A stretch of 64,000 nucleotides of DNA from Eubacteriales bacterium (GTDB lineage: Bacteria; Bacillota; Clostridia; Oscillospirales; CAG-272): contig JAZRGT010000010.1 in the NCBI GenBank assembly GCA_045644325.1, forward strand, positions 48,596-112,595. Reading direction: 5' to 3'. A program made the position numbers and the translations under genes. Every line of letters begins with the position of its first letter. The stretch's first letter is position 1. A model generated the notes under the pieces. It was not told the origin of the DNA and did not search any database. It saw only the letters and a list, made by a program, of their open reading frames with translations. Positions 27,181-36,031 of the stretch are shown here, piece after piece.

Positions 27181-29385
27181 TTTTTCCCAATAAGTGATCT
27201 TATCGCCCTGCTTGAAAGGCAAGCCTATTGTTGCTGTAGGCTCGGCGTAAATATTCACGGGCACCTTCAAAGTCTGTAAAATGTAAGTGTCAACCTTCAA
27301 ATAATTGTTGGAGGTCTTTCCGCTCGACATAGTGGCGAAATTCTCTGCAGAGGTCGGCCACAGGCAGGTCTGAGGGTTGAGATATCTATAAAGCTCCTCA
27401 GTACCGCCATCGTAACCGTGATGAGATACCTGAACTATATCGCACTTAAGCTCATTCTTATATCTGTCGCTCATAATATCTGAGCCTTCCCAACGGACGT
27501 CGCCGAGATAGGTAATCGTCTGTCCTGCTATCGTAATTCGGGATACCATCGTACAATCGTTGAAGAAATAGAGCTTGGTAGGATGCAGATCTTCCTGAGT
27601 ATAGATAATTTCAACGCAGGCATTTCTGATATAGAACTTCATTCCGGTATGAACGATATACTTTTTAACTCCTCCGAGCGTACCCGAAAGATTAGCAAAA
27701 TCGCTGTTCATATAGTAGTTAGGATTGTAACCATTATATGCGTAGGAGCCGGAAGGAGTGTTGCAGTACATTCCTTCAAGCTTGATCTTGCTAGAATAGT
27801 TCTTGCAAAACGTCGAGAAGTTCGTATAATGGTCCCAGTGCTCATGAGTTAAGATCCAAGCAGCAATAACTATCTTTCCGTCGGAACGCTTGTTAAGCGA
27901 ATCAAGCGTGTTGTAGAGCTGTACGTAGTCGCTGTTCGAGTTTCCTCCGCCGTCATAAACGATAAAGGAGCCGTCCTCGAGTGTGATTATATGGCAAAGG
28001 CCGAAATTACCCGCGGCGTAGCTGAGGGACATCTGAGTGATAGCCGGCTCTGCGATCTTTTCGTAAGCGGGAACCATTTCGGGTGTTGTATATTCGGGAA
28101 GATTATACTTACCTTCAGGGCAGCTAATGATTCTTACGGAATTTTCAACGGGCACGTAATAAACATAAAGCAAGCCGTCCTTAGAAGTGTAAGCCTTATG
28201 TACATTGCCTGCCAAAGTATTCTGCATATACAGCGAGAAACCGTTTTCTTCAAGAGTCTTGCAATATGCCTCGTATGCATCAAGGGTTGTTTCGTTAAAC
28301 ATCACCTGAAGATTTCCATAGCCAGCATCCTGCACTCCAACAATCTTTCCTTCGGTAAATGCGGGAAAATCAACGTACCAATTGCCGTAGTCAAATACAG
28401 CACTTTCACCTTCAAGCATTCTGAACGAAACAGTACCGTCCCCGTTCTTTTTAAGATTAGCCTTGAAATAATTTTCAAAGTTCTTTACGGCAAGCTCGGT
28501 AGTCGTTTCATTCCATCCCGCTACAACTATCTTATTACCCAATACAGCAAATCCGTATCCGTTATAATCAAGCGTAGACAAGAATTCAGCCGTTTCGGGA
28601 CGTGTAGTGTTACCTACAAGTATCTCATAATTCTGCGAGATATCTGTACCTTTCTTGTACCAGTCTGTTGATAAACCAACCTTGACATCAGCTATGTCCT
28701 GAATGTAAGTACGGAGCTCTTTAGCATAAACGACGTCAAGATCAAGTCTGTCATTTTCATCATTCGCGTTCATCGAATTATCAAGTGAATCGAGATATAC
28801 AACATTCATATTAAGCTGACCGTTATCAATAAAAGTGATCTGCTTGAGCGGTTCGCTAACATAACAGAGATTTTCAGGGAGCATCAGAACGCCTTCTGAT
28901 AACGAGGAAAGATAATTATCCATAAAATACTGAACGCCCTTTGAAACCAGTGAAGTGCGCTCGGCGTTAATAACAATTTTATTGCCTATTACGGTTATGA
29001 TAAAGCAAGTCGAATCAACGCCCTCAAGGGCTTTAGCGGACTCGGGACGAGTGGTGTTACCAATGAGAATTTCCTTGGCAGCAGTGATCTCGTCAGTAAT
29101 TACCCCGCCCTTGATCCAGTCATCCGTGATCGGGACTACGTAATCACCGAGCATTTCATTTAACTGCTTTCTCAAGGATACAGCAGAAGTAATTACCTCA
29201 TTTGTAGAGTTTTCGGGTCTGATAACCGTATATTCGGAAATCAAATAGGGTACGCTCTTCCCTTCAGCTACGGCGCTGTTCTCTTCTTCGCCCGAATCGC
29301 CGTTCGGACCACAAGCTGTCATAGCTGGAAGAAGTAAGGATGCAACAATCAACAATAAAGCTGTCAATAAAATGATCTTTTTCAT
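27178..29385 (-). CDS. predicted lipoprotein: duplicated N-terminal domain + MBL-fold metallo-hydrolase (ComEC-type beta-lactamase fold)
   Basis: Signal peptide with a lipobox-like AMTAC. An internal repeat carries EIL(I/V)GNTTRPE(S/T)A twice. MBL motif THEHWDHY and distal QVSHHG. Start at ATG 29385 behind GAGGT. Confidence 0.75.
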   Translation of the reverse strand: MKKIILLTALLLIVASLLLPAMTACGPNGDSGEEENSAVAEGKSVPYLISEYTVIRPENSTNEVITSAVSLRKQLNEMLGDYVVPITDDWIKGGVITDEITAAKEILIGNTTRPESAKALEGVDSTCFIITVIGNKIVINAERTSLVSKGVQYFMDNYLSSLSEGVLMLPENLCYVSEPLKQITFIDNGQLNMNVVYLDSLDNSMNANDENDRLDLDVVYAKELRTYIQDIADVKVGLSTDWYKKGTDISQNYEILVGNTTRPETAEFLSTLDYNGYGFAVLGNKIVVAGWNETTTELAVKNFENYFKANLKKNGDGTVSFRMLEGESAVFDYGNWYVDFPAFTEGKIVGVQDAGYGNLQVMFNETTLDAYEAYCKTLEENGFSLYMQNTLAGNVHKAYTSKDGLLYVYYVPVENSVRIISCPEGKYNLPEYTTPEMVPAYEKIAEPAITQMSLSYAAGNFGLCHIITLEDGSFIVYDGGGNSNSDYVQLYNTLDSLNKRSDGKIVIAAWILTHEHWDHYTNFSTFCKNYSSKIKLEGMYCNTPSGSYAYNGYNPNYYMNSDFANLSGTLGGVKKYIVHTGMKFYIRNACVEIIYTQEDLHPTKLYFFNDCTMVSRITIAGQTITYLGDVRWEGSDIMSDRYKNELKCDIVQVSHHGYDGGTEELYRYLNPQTCLWPTSAENFATMSSGKTSNNYLKVDTYILQTLKVPVNIYAEPTATIGLPFKQGDKITYWEK

Positions 29386-29416
29386 TAGATTACCTCTTGT
29401 ATTTAATATTGTATAT

Positions 29417-29446
29417 AGTATAGCAGATAAACCACTCATTTGTCAA
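29417..29446 (-). promoter_or_regulatory. sigma-A type promoter of the MBL lipoprotein gene
   Basis: Minus strand: TTGACA (29441-29446), 18-nt spacer, TATACT (29417-29422). Confidence 0.55.
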
Positions 29447-29454
29447 TAGATTTA

Positions 29455-29490
29455 AAAAAGAAAAGCCCTTGAGTTTTAAACTCAAGGGCT
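29455..29490 (-). terminator. rho-independent terminator after tRNA-Thr copy 1
   Basis: Stem agcccttgag/ctcaagggct followed on the minus strand by a T-run. Confidence 0.75.
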
Positions 29491-29494
29491 GTGC

Positions 29495-29570
29495 TGGAGC
29501 TGCTAATCAGAGTCGAACTGATGACCTCATGCTTACCAAGCATGTGCTCTACCAACTGAGCCATAGCAGC
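29495..29570 (-). tRNA. tRNA-Thr (anticodon GGU), CCA encoded
   Basis: 76-nt cloverleaf folded by hand. Acceptor GCTGCTA/TAGCAGC, D arm GCTC-AGTTGGTA-GAGC, anticodon arm CATGC-TTGGTAA-GCATG, T arm ATCAG-TTCGACT-CTGAT, then T-CCA. Confidence 0.9.
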
Positions 29571-29590
29571 GTCTCTTTAGCACGGGTAAT

Positions 29591-29619
29591 ATTATACCAC
29601 AAAACGAATCGTTTGTCAA
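29591..29619 (-). promoter_or_regulatory. sigma-A type promoter of tRNA-Thr copy 1
   Basis: Minus strand: TTGACA (29614-29619), 17-nt spacer, TATAAT (29591-29596). Confidence 0.65.
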
Positions 29620-29639
29620 TAGTTTTTTGAAAAATAAAT

Positions 29640-29670
29640 TAAAAAACCCTTGAGAAATTTTCTCAAGGGT
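29640..29670 (-). terminator. rho-independent terminator after tRNA-Thr copy 2
   Basis: Stem aacccttgag/ctcaagggtt followed on the minus strand by a T-run. Confidence 0.75.
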
Positions 29671-29677
29671 TGTCTGC

Positions 29678-29753
29678 TGGAGCTGCTAATCAGAGTCGAA
29701 CTGATGACCTCATGCTTACCAAGCATGTGCTCTACCAACTGAGCCATAGCAGC
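29678..29753 (-). tRNA. tRNA-Thr (anticodon GGU), CCA encoded, identical to copy 1
   Basis: 76/76 identity to 29495-29570, so the cloverleaf is the same. Confidence 0.9.
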
Positions 29754-29774
29754 GTCTCTCGCAGCACGTGTTAT

Positions 29775-29803
29775 ATTATATCACAAACGCTCGATTTTGT
29801 CAA
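29775..29803 (-). promoter_or_regulatory. sigma-A type promoter of tRNA-Thr copy 2
   Basis: Minus strand: TTGACA (29798-29803), 17-nt spacer, TATAAT (29775-29780). Confidence 0.65.
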
Positions 29804-29869
29804 TACCTTTTTTGAAGTTTTTTCGAAAAACATCAAATATTTTTTTGAAAAAGCGAGAATTTATAGATA

Positions 29870-30163
29870 TCAGTCAAATGCGATGGGGGTTGTAGCGGTC
29901 GCCTGTCTGGGGGAAGCCATATAATCCGCCACTTCTTCTCTCCACTTGAGGTAATGAGCGGTCTGCTTATGCGCCGCAGCGGCAGCTTCGTCAACGAAAA
30001 CCTCGTAAAGAACAAAGCGGCAAGGATCATCGTTGGCCTTAAGAACGTCGAATCTGACGTTACCGGGTTCTTTTCTTGTGTTATCGTGATTGTAAACGGT
30101 GATTTTTTCAAAAGCCTCTACGTTTTCAGGCTTAACGTGAACGTAAACAAGTGTAGCGATCAT
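29870..30163 (-). CDS. antibiotic-biosynthesis-monooxygenase (ABM) domain protein
   Basis: About 97 aa with a ferredoxin-like ABM pattern (VYVHVKPENVEAFEK...RFDVLK...FVLYEVF...AAAAHKQTAHY). Start chosen 7 nt after AAGGAG; 30169 is an alternative. Confidence 0.65.
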   Translation of the reverse strand: MIATLVYVHVKPENVEAFEKITVYNHDNTRKEPGNVRFDVLKANDDPCRFVLYEVFVDEAAAAAHKQTAHYLKWREEVADYMASPRQATATTPIAFD

Positions 30164-30191
30164 AATCATTCTCCTTATTTGTAAGTAATAT

Positions 30192-31709
30192 TTATTCAAT
30201 CGTCATATATAAAATGGAGTGAATATCAGAATATCTGTAGCCTTCGTATTTATATGAAGTTGAATCTTCAAAAAGAACATAATCTCCGTCTATCGGATCG
30301 TATGCTGCAGAATCACAAACCATAAACTTAAGCTTAGACGCCGTCTTTTCCTCAGGATTCAAGCACTCGGCGAAAACGAGATAATGATTCTTGTTGCCCT
30401 TCATAACCTGCACTACGATTCCTTCGGGGTGTTTAGCCAAAAGCTCTTTAAGCTTTGTCCTCGTGGGATAGTAGATCTTATTCATCTGAACGGTTTTTCC
30501 ATCAACGTTGAATTGATTGATAACGTACTCCCAACGCATATAAATGGGATCACCGCTCAAATTAGTGGTGGTTGAATCCGAACCGTATTTGCCCGTATTT
30601 GCCAGTCCTACGGTATACGGGTCCGCAACGAGATTGCCTTCCTGGCCCGAACGGAAATCATACCCCTTTGTTTTGACCGCGCCCATATTATTAAGAACCA
30701 TAGCCACCGCACAATTTCCGCAGCCTTCGTCCATCCAGCAGTAGTTGCCGTTAGGTTCCCGCGAATCGATTGCAAATTTCTTTTTGACGCCGTTTGAGGT
30801 GAAGCTCAAAAACTTCAGTTGAGTCGCATCCCAATCGCTTGTATAGATATTGTTTTGGCTATACCATGTAAAAGCGTCTCGATCTACAACAGTAACGGTA
30901 AAGCTGCGGCTAAGTCCTTCAACTGATGCAGTTATGGTAGACTTACCGAGACCGAGGGCGCACCAAGTACCGTCTTCTCCGATAAGTATAACGTCTTCAT
31001 TGCTGGAGGACCACGTTATATCGTCAGTAAATACGTTATAAGGGTGCTTTCTTGCATAAAATACGCCCGTGGAATAAAGACGAACCTTGGTGGAGGTAAA
31101 AACAACAGAAAGCTTTTCGGTTTTGATCGGCTCTATCGTCCAAAGCTGATTTTTATAATCCGAGGTTATCTCCTGAAGCTCGGTGTAATAGTCACTATAC
31201 TCGGTGACCGTATTCGACTGAGTCATGACCAGCTTATTATTCTTGGTGTTAGAGGGCGCAAATATAAACCGATTGTTATAGTATTCAACTATATCAAACT
31301 TAGAGGAAGCTCCCGCTGAAGAGAGCTTGGTCTTCTTGATCTTACTATCCTTTGAGGTATCCAGCGTATAGCTATATGCATATTCCCCATTATCGTTCTG
31401 CGGGATAATCATATATGTACCGTCGTCACAAGGCAAGAGGTGGAACACCTGCCCCATACTGCTCTCGGAATACTTTTCAAGATAAGATTTAGCTTTGGTC
31501 TTTGCCGTATACTTATAAGAACCAAGATATAAGCCTGTGGAGACGTTGCGGATTCGGCAAACCATTTCAGTAAGCTCTACGTCATCCGTTACCGAATCGA
31601 CCGTTGCATTAGCCGCAAAAACACTCACGCCGGGGTAACATTGCACCAGCGTTAATATGGCAAAGAAAACGCAGATGGCGCGTTTTGATTTGTCATTAAA
31701 GAAATTCAT
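30192..31709 (-). CDS. secreted protein: ricin-type beta-trefoil lectin + Big_2 Ig-like domain + C-terminal papain-like (C39-like) cysteine peptidase domain
   Basis: Signal peptide (AILTLVQCYPGVSVFAANA). QxW-type motif NQLWTI. Big_2-like SSSNEDVILIGEDGTWCALGLGKSTITASV. Candidate nucleophile region GCGNCAVAMVLNNMG and His in NHYLVFAE. Confidence 0.55.
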   Translation of the reverse strand: MNFFNDKSKRAICVFFAILTLVQCYPGVSVFAANATVDSVTDDVELTEMVCRIRNVSTGLYLGSYKYTAKTKAKSYLEKYSESSMGQVFHLLPCDDGTYMIIPQNDNGEYAYSYTLDTSKDSKIKKTKLSSAGASSKFDIVEYYNNRFIFAPSNTKNNKLVMTQSNTVTEYSDYYTELQEITSDYKNQLWTIEPIKTEKLSVVFTSTKVRLYSTGVFYARKHPYNVFTDDITWSSSNEDVILIGEDGTWCALGLGKSTITASVEGLSRSFTVTVVDRDAFTWYSQNNIYTSDWDATQLKFLSFTSNGVKKKFAIDSREPNGNYCWMDEGCGNCAVAMVLNNMGAVKTKGYDFRSGQEGNLVADPYTVGLANTGKYGSDSTTTNLSGDPIYMRWEYVINQFNVDGKTVQMNKIYYPTRTKLKELLAKHPEGIVVQVMKGNKNHYLVFAECLNPEEKTASKLKFMVCDSAAYDPIDGDYVLFEDSTSYKYEGYRYSDIHSILYMTIE

Positions 31710-31732
31710 TGTTATTCTCCAAAACTAATAAT

Positions 31733-32461
31733 TTATTTAGCTCTTTTGATACGTCTTTTCATTTTTATAATATCGCGGAGCATTCTGACGGTATCTCTAA
31801 CGATACGCACCTTTGATTCTCCGTGAACGAGAACGCTGACGGGCATCTCGGTAATTTTATACTTAAATTTAGATGCCCACAAAAGCGCTTCAAAGTCAAA
31901 AGCAAATCCGTTTACTTCAAGACGGGGGAAAATTGTATCTACTGCCTCGCGCCTGAAGCCTTTGCAGCCGCACTGAGAATCCGAAAGCCTGAAGCCGCCA
32001 ACTATGCAAAGAACCTTTATATAAGCCTTGGAAGCTATCTTTCGGATAAGGGTATAATTCGAATAACCATCCTTATCAAGGTTTCGGGATCCTATAACGA
32101 GCTGACTATCGGGGGCAGCATCGAAGTACCGCACCATCTTTGCTATAACGTCGGTGCCGTATGCCATATCAGCGTCTGTAAACATCGCAATATCACCGCG
32201 AGATTCAAGCATAGCTGTCTTTACCGCAGCACCCTTGCCTCGATTTTTTTCGTAGCCGACTACTCTTACTCCGGGAAGATTCAAATCGCGGACTATTTTA
32301 TCACAACCGTCGGAGCTTCCGTCGTTGGAATAAATAATCTCATAATCGCGGGTTCCATCTTCCAAAACAAAATTTTTCTCCATATACTCCCACAGCTTCT
32401 TTGCATTTTCGGCAATTATGGAAGCTTCATTATACATAGGAATACAAACCGAAATTTTCAA
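31733..32461 (-). CDS. glycosyltransferase family 2 (polyprenyl-phosphate hexosyltransferase type)
   Basis: N-terminus KISVCIPMYNE, NDGSSDG and a DxD-like FTDADM. TTG start supported by the family-typical N-terminus. Confidence 0.8.
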   Translation of the reverse strand: MKISVCIPMYNEASIIAENAKKLWEYMEKNFVLEDGTRDYEIIYSNDGSSDGCDKIVRDLNLPGVRVVGYEKNRGKGAAVKTAMLESRGDIAMFTDADMAYGTDVIAKMVRYFDAAPDSQLVIGSRNLDKDGYSNYTLIRKIASKAYIKVLCIVGGFRLSDSQCGCKGFRREAVDTIFPRLEVNGFAFDFEALLWASKFKYKITEMPVSVLVHGESKVRIVRDTVRMLRDIIKMKRRIKRAK

Positions 32462-32484
32462 TTTATAAAGTGCCTTTCAAAGTA

Positions 32485-33318
32485 TTATTTTTTATAAACG
32501 TAAAAATCAACGTTCACTTCAGTTTCAAGATAATCACGTGCATTTAACAGCTCAATAGACTTAGATGAGGTTCTGAACTTATAAGGAGTCATTCCAAAAA
32601 GTCTCTGAATATCTTCATTGTTATCGATATTTATACGATACGACACGTTCGTCTTTTCGAGAAGCGTCATAGAAGTAGGCAAATCTGCCCGATCTTCGTT
32701 AATGTGCACTTCATCGTAAATAGCTTCTTTAAGGTCATATAAATGCCGATCTCCGGCAGCACCGATTATCAGTATACCGCCGTCCTTCAAAGCTCTCAGA
32801 CACTCATCCTGTGCAATGGGGGCAAACATAGAGAGCATACCGTCAGCAATAGCAGAACGCACGGGCAGAGCAAAAACTGAAGCAACGGAATAAAAGCTAT
32901 TGTTACCGCCACGAATATTTCTGCGAACCGATGCCCGATGAACAGCGTGCTTTGAGAGATCTGCACCAAATACAAATGAATCAGCGAAATTCATTGCAAT
33001 ATAATCGGAATAATATCCTTCTCCGCAACCGGCATCAACCAAAAAGAAATCGTTGCGCAAATACTTTTCACAAATTCGTTTGATTTCATCCGCGAGAGGA
33101 AGATAATACTGTTTATTCAAAAAAGCAGTTCTGTCATTAACAGCTTCCTTGGAATCGCCTCTCCCGCCCGATCGGTAAGAAAGATCAACGTACCCCGAAG
33201 AAGATAAATCAAAGCAATGGCTCTTTTGTCCTTGCATTGGCTTGCAGCGATAACTTTTTCCGTCAACATATAGCTCCGAGCCACATATCGGACATAATAA
33301 GAAATCTGTTGTAACCAT
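32485..33318 (-). CDS. rlmA: 23S rRNA (guanine-N1)-methyltransferase RlmA-like
   Basis: N-terminal Zn ribbon CPICGSEL...YRC, then VDAGCGEGYY. By eye it is collinear with E. coli RlmA over its length (LDIGCGEGYY, APxxxxEL..V.KPGG). Confidence 0.7.
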   Translation of the reverse strand: MVTTDFLLCPICGSELYVDGKSYRCKPMQGQKSHCFDLSSSGYVDLSYRSGGRGDSKEAVNDRTAFLNKQYYLPLADEIKRICEKYLRNDFFLVDAGCGEGYYSDYIAMNFADSFVFGADLSKHAVHRASVRRNIRGGNNSFYSVASVFALPVRSAIADGMLSMFAPIAQDECLRALKDGGILIIGAAGDRHLYDLKEAIYDEVHINEDRADLPTSMTLLEKTNVSYRINIDNNEDIQRLFGMTPYKFRTSSKSIELLNARDYLETEVNVDFYVYKK

Positions 33319-34331
33319 TATCTTTCAACTTTTATTAATTTAGCGTGGATGGCATATCTACCGTCTTCATTTCCTAGAATGCAAGTAGAAAGCGTGATAA
33401 TAATATCGTCTTTGGAAAAACTGACATCATCTCTGTGATAAAGTGATTTAGCTTCGCGTTCATAAAGAAAGCTTACAAATTCATCGTCAGTTGCAAAATA
33501 CGTTCTGAAATATTTATCGTATTTATCAGTAGGATAAGCCGAAAAAACTCTGAATGTATAATGGCCGTCGAAAGTAGTAATTTCTATATCGTTGTCCGTA
33601 TTCATAAAGAAATTCACATCGTCAACGAATTTTGTGGCATCGCAAAACATAGAGCCGTTAAACATATTATGTCCGTAAATTATGATATTACGGTTGTTTT
33701 CGATATTCTTATTATTTCTGAAATCTATAAATATTGCGCCTACTGCCAAAGGATGACCGTCGAAGCCGTGAGTAAGATAAAAATCATTATCTTCACATTG
33801 AACCATCGGATAACTGATCTTCGTATTCGGAATATGAATAAAACCGTAAGTATCTTTATTCTTTGTATCGCGCCACTCTTGAATTTTTGCAAGCAATTTT
33901 TGGAACTTTGCACTTGTCACGTCTTTAACGATACCGTCGGCAGCGGGAACATAAACCGGACTGCCATTTAACAAAACGTCATGATAACTGCTCAAAGGCA
34001 TATCGGAGGTAGAAAGAACCATATTGGTTACGCCCGAGTCCGTAAAGCTGTTGAGAAGTGACATATAGTCGTCCTTGATATCTTCATAAAGCTCCTCGCC
34101 CTTGCCGTAATCAGAAACAATTACAAACAGCTCGGAAACACAGTATGCAAATACACATATACAAATAAAAATCATAAAAAATCGATAAGCTTTAAAAGCG
34201 GAAAAATCAGCTTTAAAAGTTCTTTTTCTATGAGGAGGTACTACGTCGTCAAGCTTGAGAGTGTCGAGCGAATCAATAAAATCGTCATTTGGGGTTTGTG
34301 CGGCATTTACGAAATCTTTTTTATCTGACAT
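33318..34331 (-). CDS. srtB: class B sortase
   Basis: N-terminal TM anchor, catalytic His region IIIYGHNM, signature TLSTC and a downstream Arg (RYAIHAKL). AAGGAGG RBS. Confidence 0.8.
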   Translation of the reverse strand: MSDKKDFVNAAQTPNDDFIDSLDTLKLDDVVPPHRKRTFKADFSAFKAYRFFMIFICICVFAYCVSELFVIVSDYGKGEELYEDIKDDYMSLLNSFTDSGVTNMVLSTSDMPLSSYHDVLLNGSPVYVPAADGIVKDVTSAKFQKLLAKIQEWRDTKNKDTYGFIHIPNTKISYPMVQCEDNDFYLTHGFDGHPLAVGAIFIDFRNNKNIENNRNIIIYGHNMFNGSMFCDATKFVDDVNFFMNTDNDIEITTFDGHYTFRVFSAYPTDKYDKYFRTYFATDDEFVSFLYEREAKSLYHRDDVSFSKDDIIITLSTCILGNEDGRYAIHAKLIKVER

Positions 34332-34450
34332 TCGTGAGCCTCCTTTCCGGTCTTACAAAATTATTTTTTATACTATTATATTACAAATATGTACTAAATA
34401 CAAGATATTGAATTCTTTTTTTAAGAAATTTATACACTTAGTACACAAAT

Positions 34451-34481
34451 CCCGTCGGATTTTGAGGAAATATCCGACGGG
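34451..34481 (-). terminator. terminator-like hairpin after the histidine kinase gene
   Basis: 10-bp stem cccgtcggat/atccgacggg. The tail on the minus strand is moderately T-rich. Confidence 0.5.
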
Positions 34482-34507
34482 AAATACACTCGTTATATTG
34501 TGATAGA

Positions 34508-36031
34508 TTAATTTACTTTAAGTTCGAACCAAAAAGTAGTTCCCTTTCCTTCTGCTGACTCAACACCGTAAGAAGCTGAATGAAGACGCAAGAGCTTGCT
34601 GACTATCGAAAGACCGATGCCACTTCCAACAATTGCGCGCTTATGAGATTTTTGCTCGGTGTAGTATCTATCCCATATTTTTTCGATATCATCTTTGGAG
34701 ATTCCTTCACCCGAATCGGTTATGGAAATACGAACGGTTTGATCCGATACAAGAGTTTGTTTAATTATAACTGTCTTGTCTGTGCCTGTATAGTTTATTG
34801 CGTTATTAAGCAAATTATAGATGACTTGAAGAATCATACCTTCGTCGGCTTGAATCTCTACGTTTTCAGATGCTTTAAATTCAATAACATATCCATAACG
34901 GCGAACCAGCTCGCTGTAGCGGTTAATCGTAGCACTGATTGATTCCGTAAGATTGATAACTCTGAAATTGGGTTCTAGACAATCCGAGCTGTATTTCGAA
35001 AAACCAAGCACGTCGTTGACAAGAGTAGTAAGTCTTTTCGTCTCGTCTATAATATATTGACAATTTTCAGGAGAGTTTTCCCCCGGAATATCGCGCATCA
35101 TTTCGGCATATCCGCTAATCAACGTCAGAGGGGTACGCAAATCGTGCGATACGTTGGCAATCAACTCCCGCTGAAATCTTTCTGTTTTAGATATTTCACC
35201 AACCGCATAATTGAGCGCATTTGCCAGTCTTTGAGTCTCATTGTATCCCTCTTCTTCAAATACCGCAGTATGTCCTATCTCAGCCATACGTTCCGCTTCT
35301 GCAGTCATCTTCTCCAAAGGACGCGAAATCTTCCTTGAAAAAGCCCACGAAAAAATTACGGTTAATAGCACGATCAAGGCGGCAATGTAGCCAAATTGGA
35401 CGTTTCGGGTTTGCTGTACAGTGCTGATCGGTGTAAATTCAAGGTTGATAAATACAGCAAAACGATCATTTTGCGAATTCAAAACCGACTTGACAGCAAC
35501 CGCTACAACAAGCTCCCGTGCATCAAAATCGCTTTGAAGCGGGAATTCAGCTACTAAGCCCTCTCCAGGCCCACCTTTCATTTTCCCTCTTTTATCACCG
35601 ATTGTAAGGGCATAGCGGTGAGTTACGGCTCCCCCGGATTCAACCGCTTCTGCATAATAAGCGTCAAGCGATGAACTGTCTACATAATGAATGATGCAAG
35701 TCGGAGAAACCTCCTTATTAACGATCGGATCTCCAAGTGCTTCGTTTACAACTTCATAAACGGAAATACAAACATCGTACTGTGATGCCAAATCGCCGCA
35801 TATTGAATCAAGGTCTTCGCTGTCAATGCATTTTTCAATAGATGAGAGAACCTTATCGAGCTGGCTAAGCTTTGTTCTTTCATAAAAGAAATCAAGAAGC
35901 AGGACTTGAAATATCCAAATCACAGCTAAAATCAGTAAAACAAAAACAGTAAAACCTAAGATCAGATGAGTGCGTATTCCACCCTTAGCTTTGAAATCAG
36001 AAGCAGAACGCTTTTTGTTATGTTGTTTCAT
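34508..36031 (-). CDS. sensor histidine kinase
   Basis: Two TM segments flank an extracytoplasmic domain. H box VSHDLRTPL, N box NLLNNAINY, G boxes DSGEGI and GSGIGLS. Confidence 0.85.
   Translation of the reverse strand: MKQHNKKRSASDFKAKGGIRTHLILGFTVFVLLILAVIWIFQVLLLDFFYERTKLSQLDKVLSSIEKCIDSEDLDSICGDLASQYDVCISVYEVVNEALGDPIVNKEVSPTCIIHYVDSSSLDAYYAEAVESGGAVTHRYALTIGDKRGKMKGGPGEGLVAEFPLQSDFDARELVVAVAVKSVLNSQNDRFAVFINLEFTPISTVQQTRNVQFGYIAALIVLLTVIFSWAFSRKISRPLEKMTAEAERMAEIGHTAVFEEEGYNETQRLANALNYAVGEISKTERFQRELIANVSHDLRTPLTLISGYAEMMRDIPGENSPENCQYIIDETKRLTTLVNDVLGFSKYSSDCLEPNFRVINLTESISATINRYSELVRRYGYVIEFKASENVEIQADEGMILQVIYNLLNNAINYTGTDKTVIIKQTLVSDQTVRISITDSGEGISKDDIEKIWDRYYTEQKSHKRAIVGSGIGLSIVSKLLRLHSASYGVESAEGKGTTFWFELKVN

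Noticed and set aside
29670-29924. 84-aa plus-strand ORF
   Set aside because: It is the reverse complement of tRNA-Thr copy 2 plus its promoter, and has no RBS.
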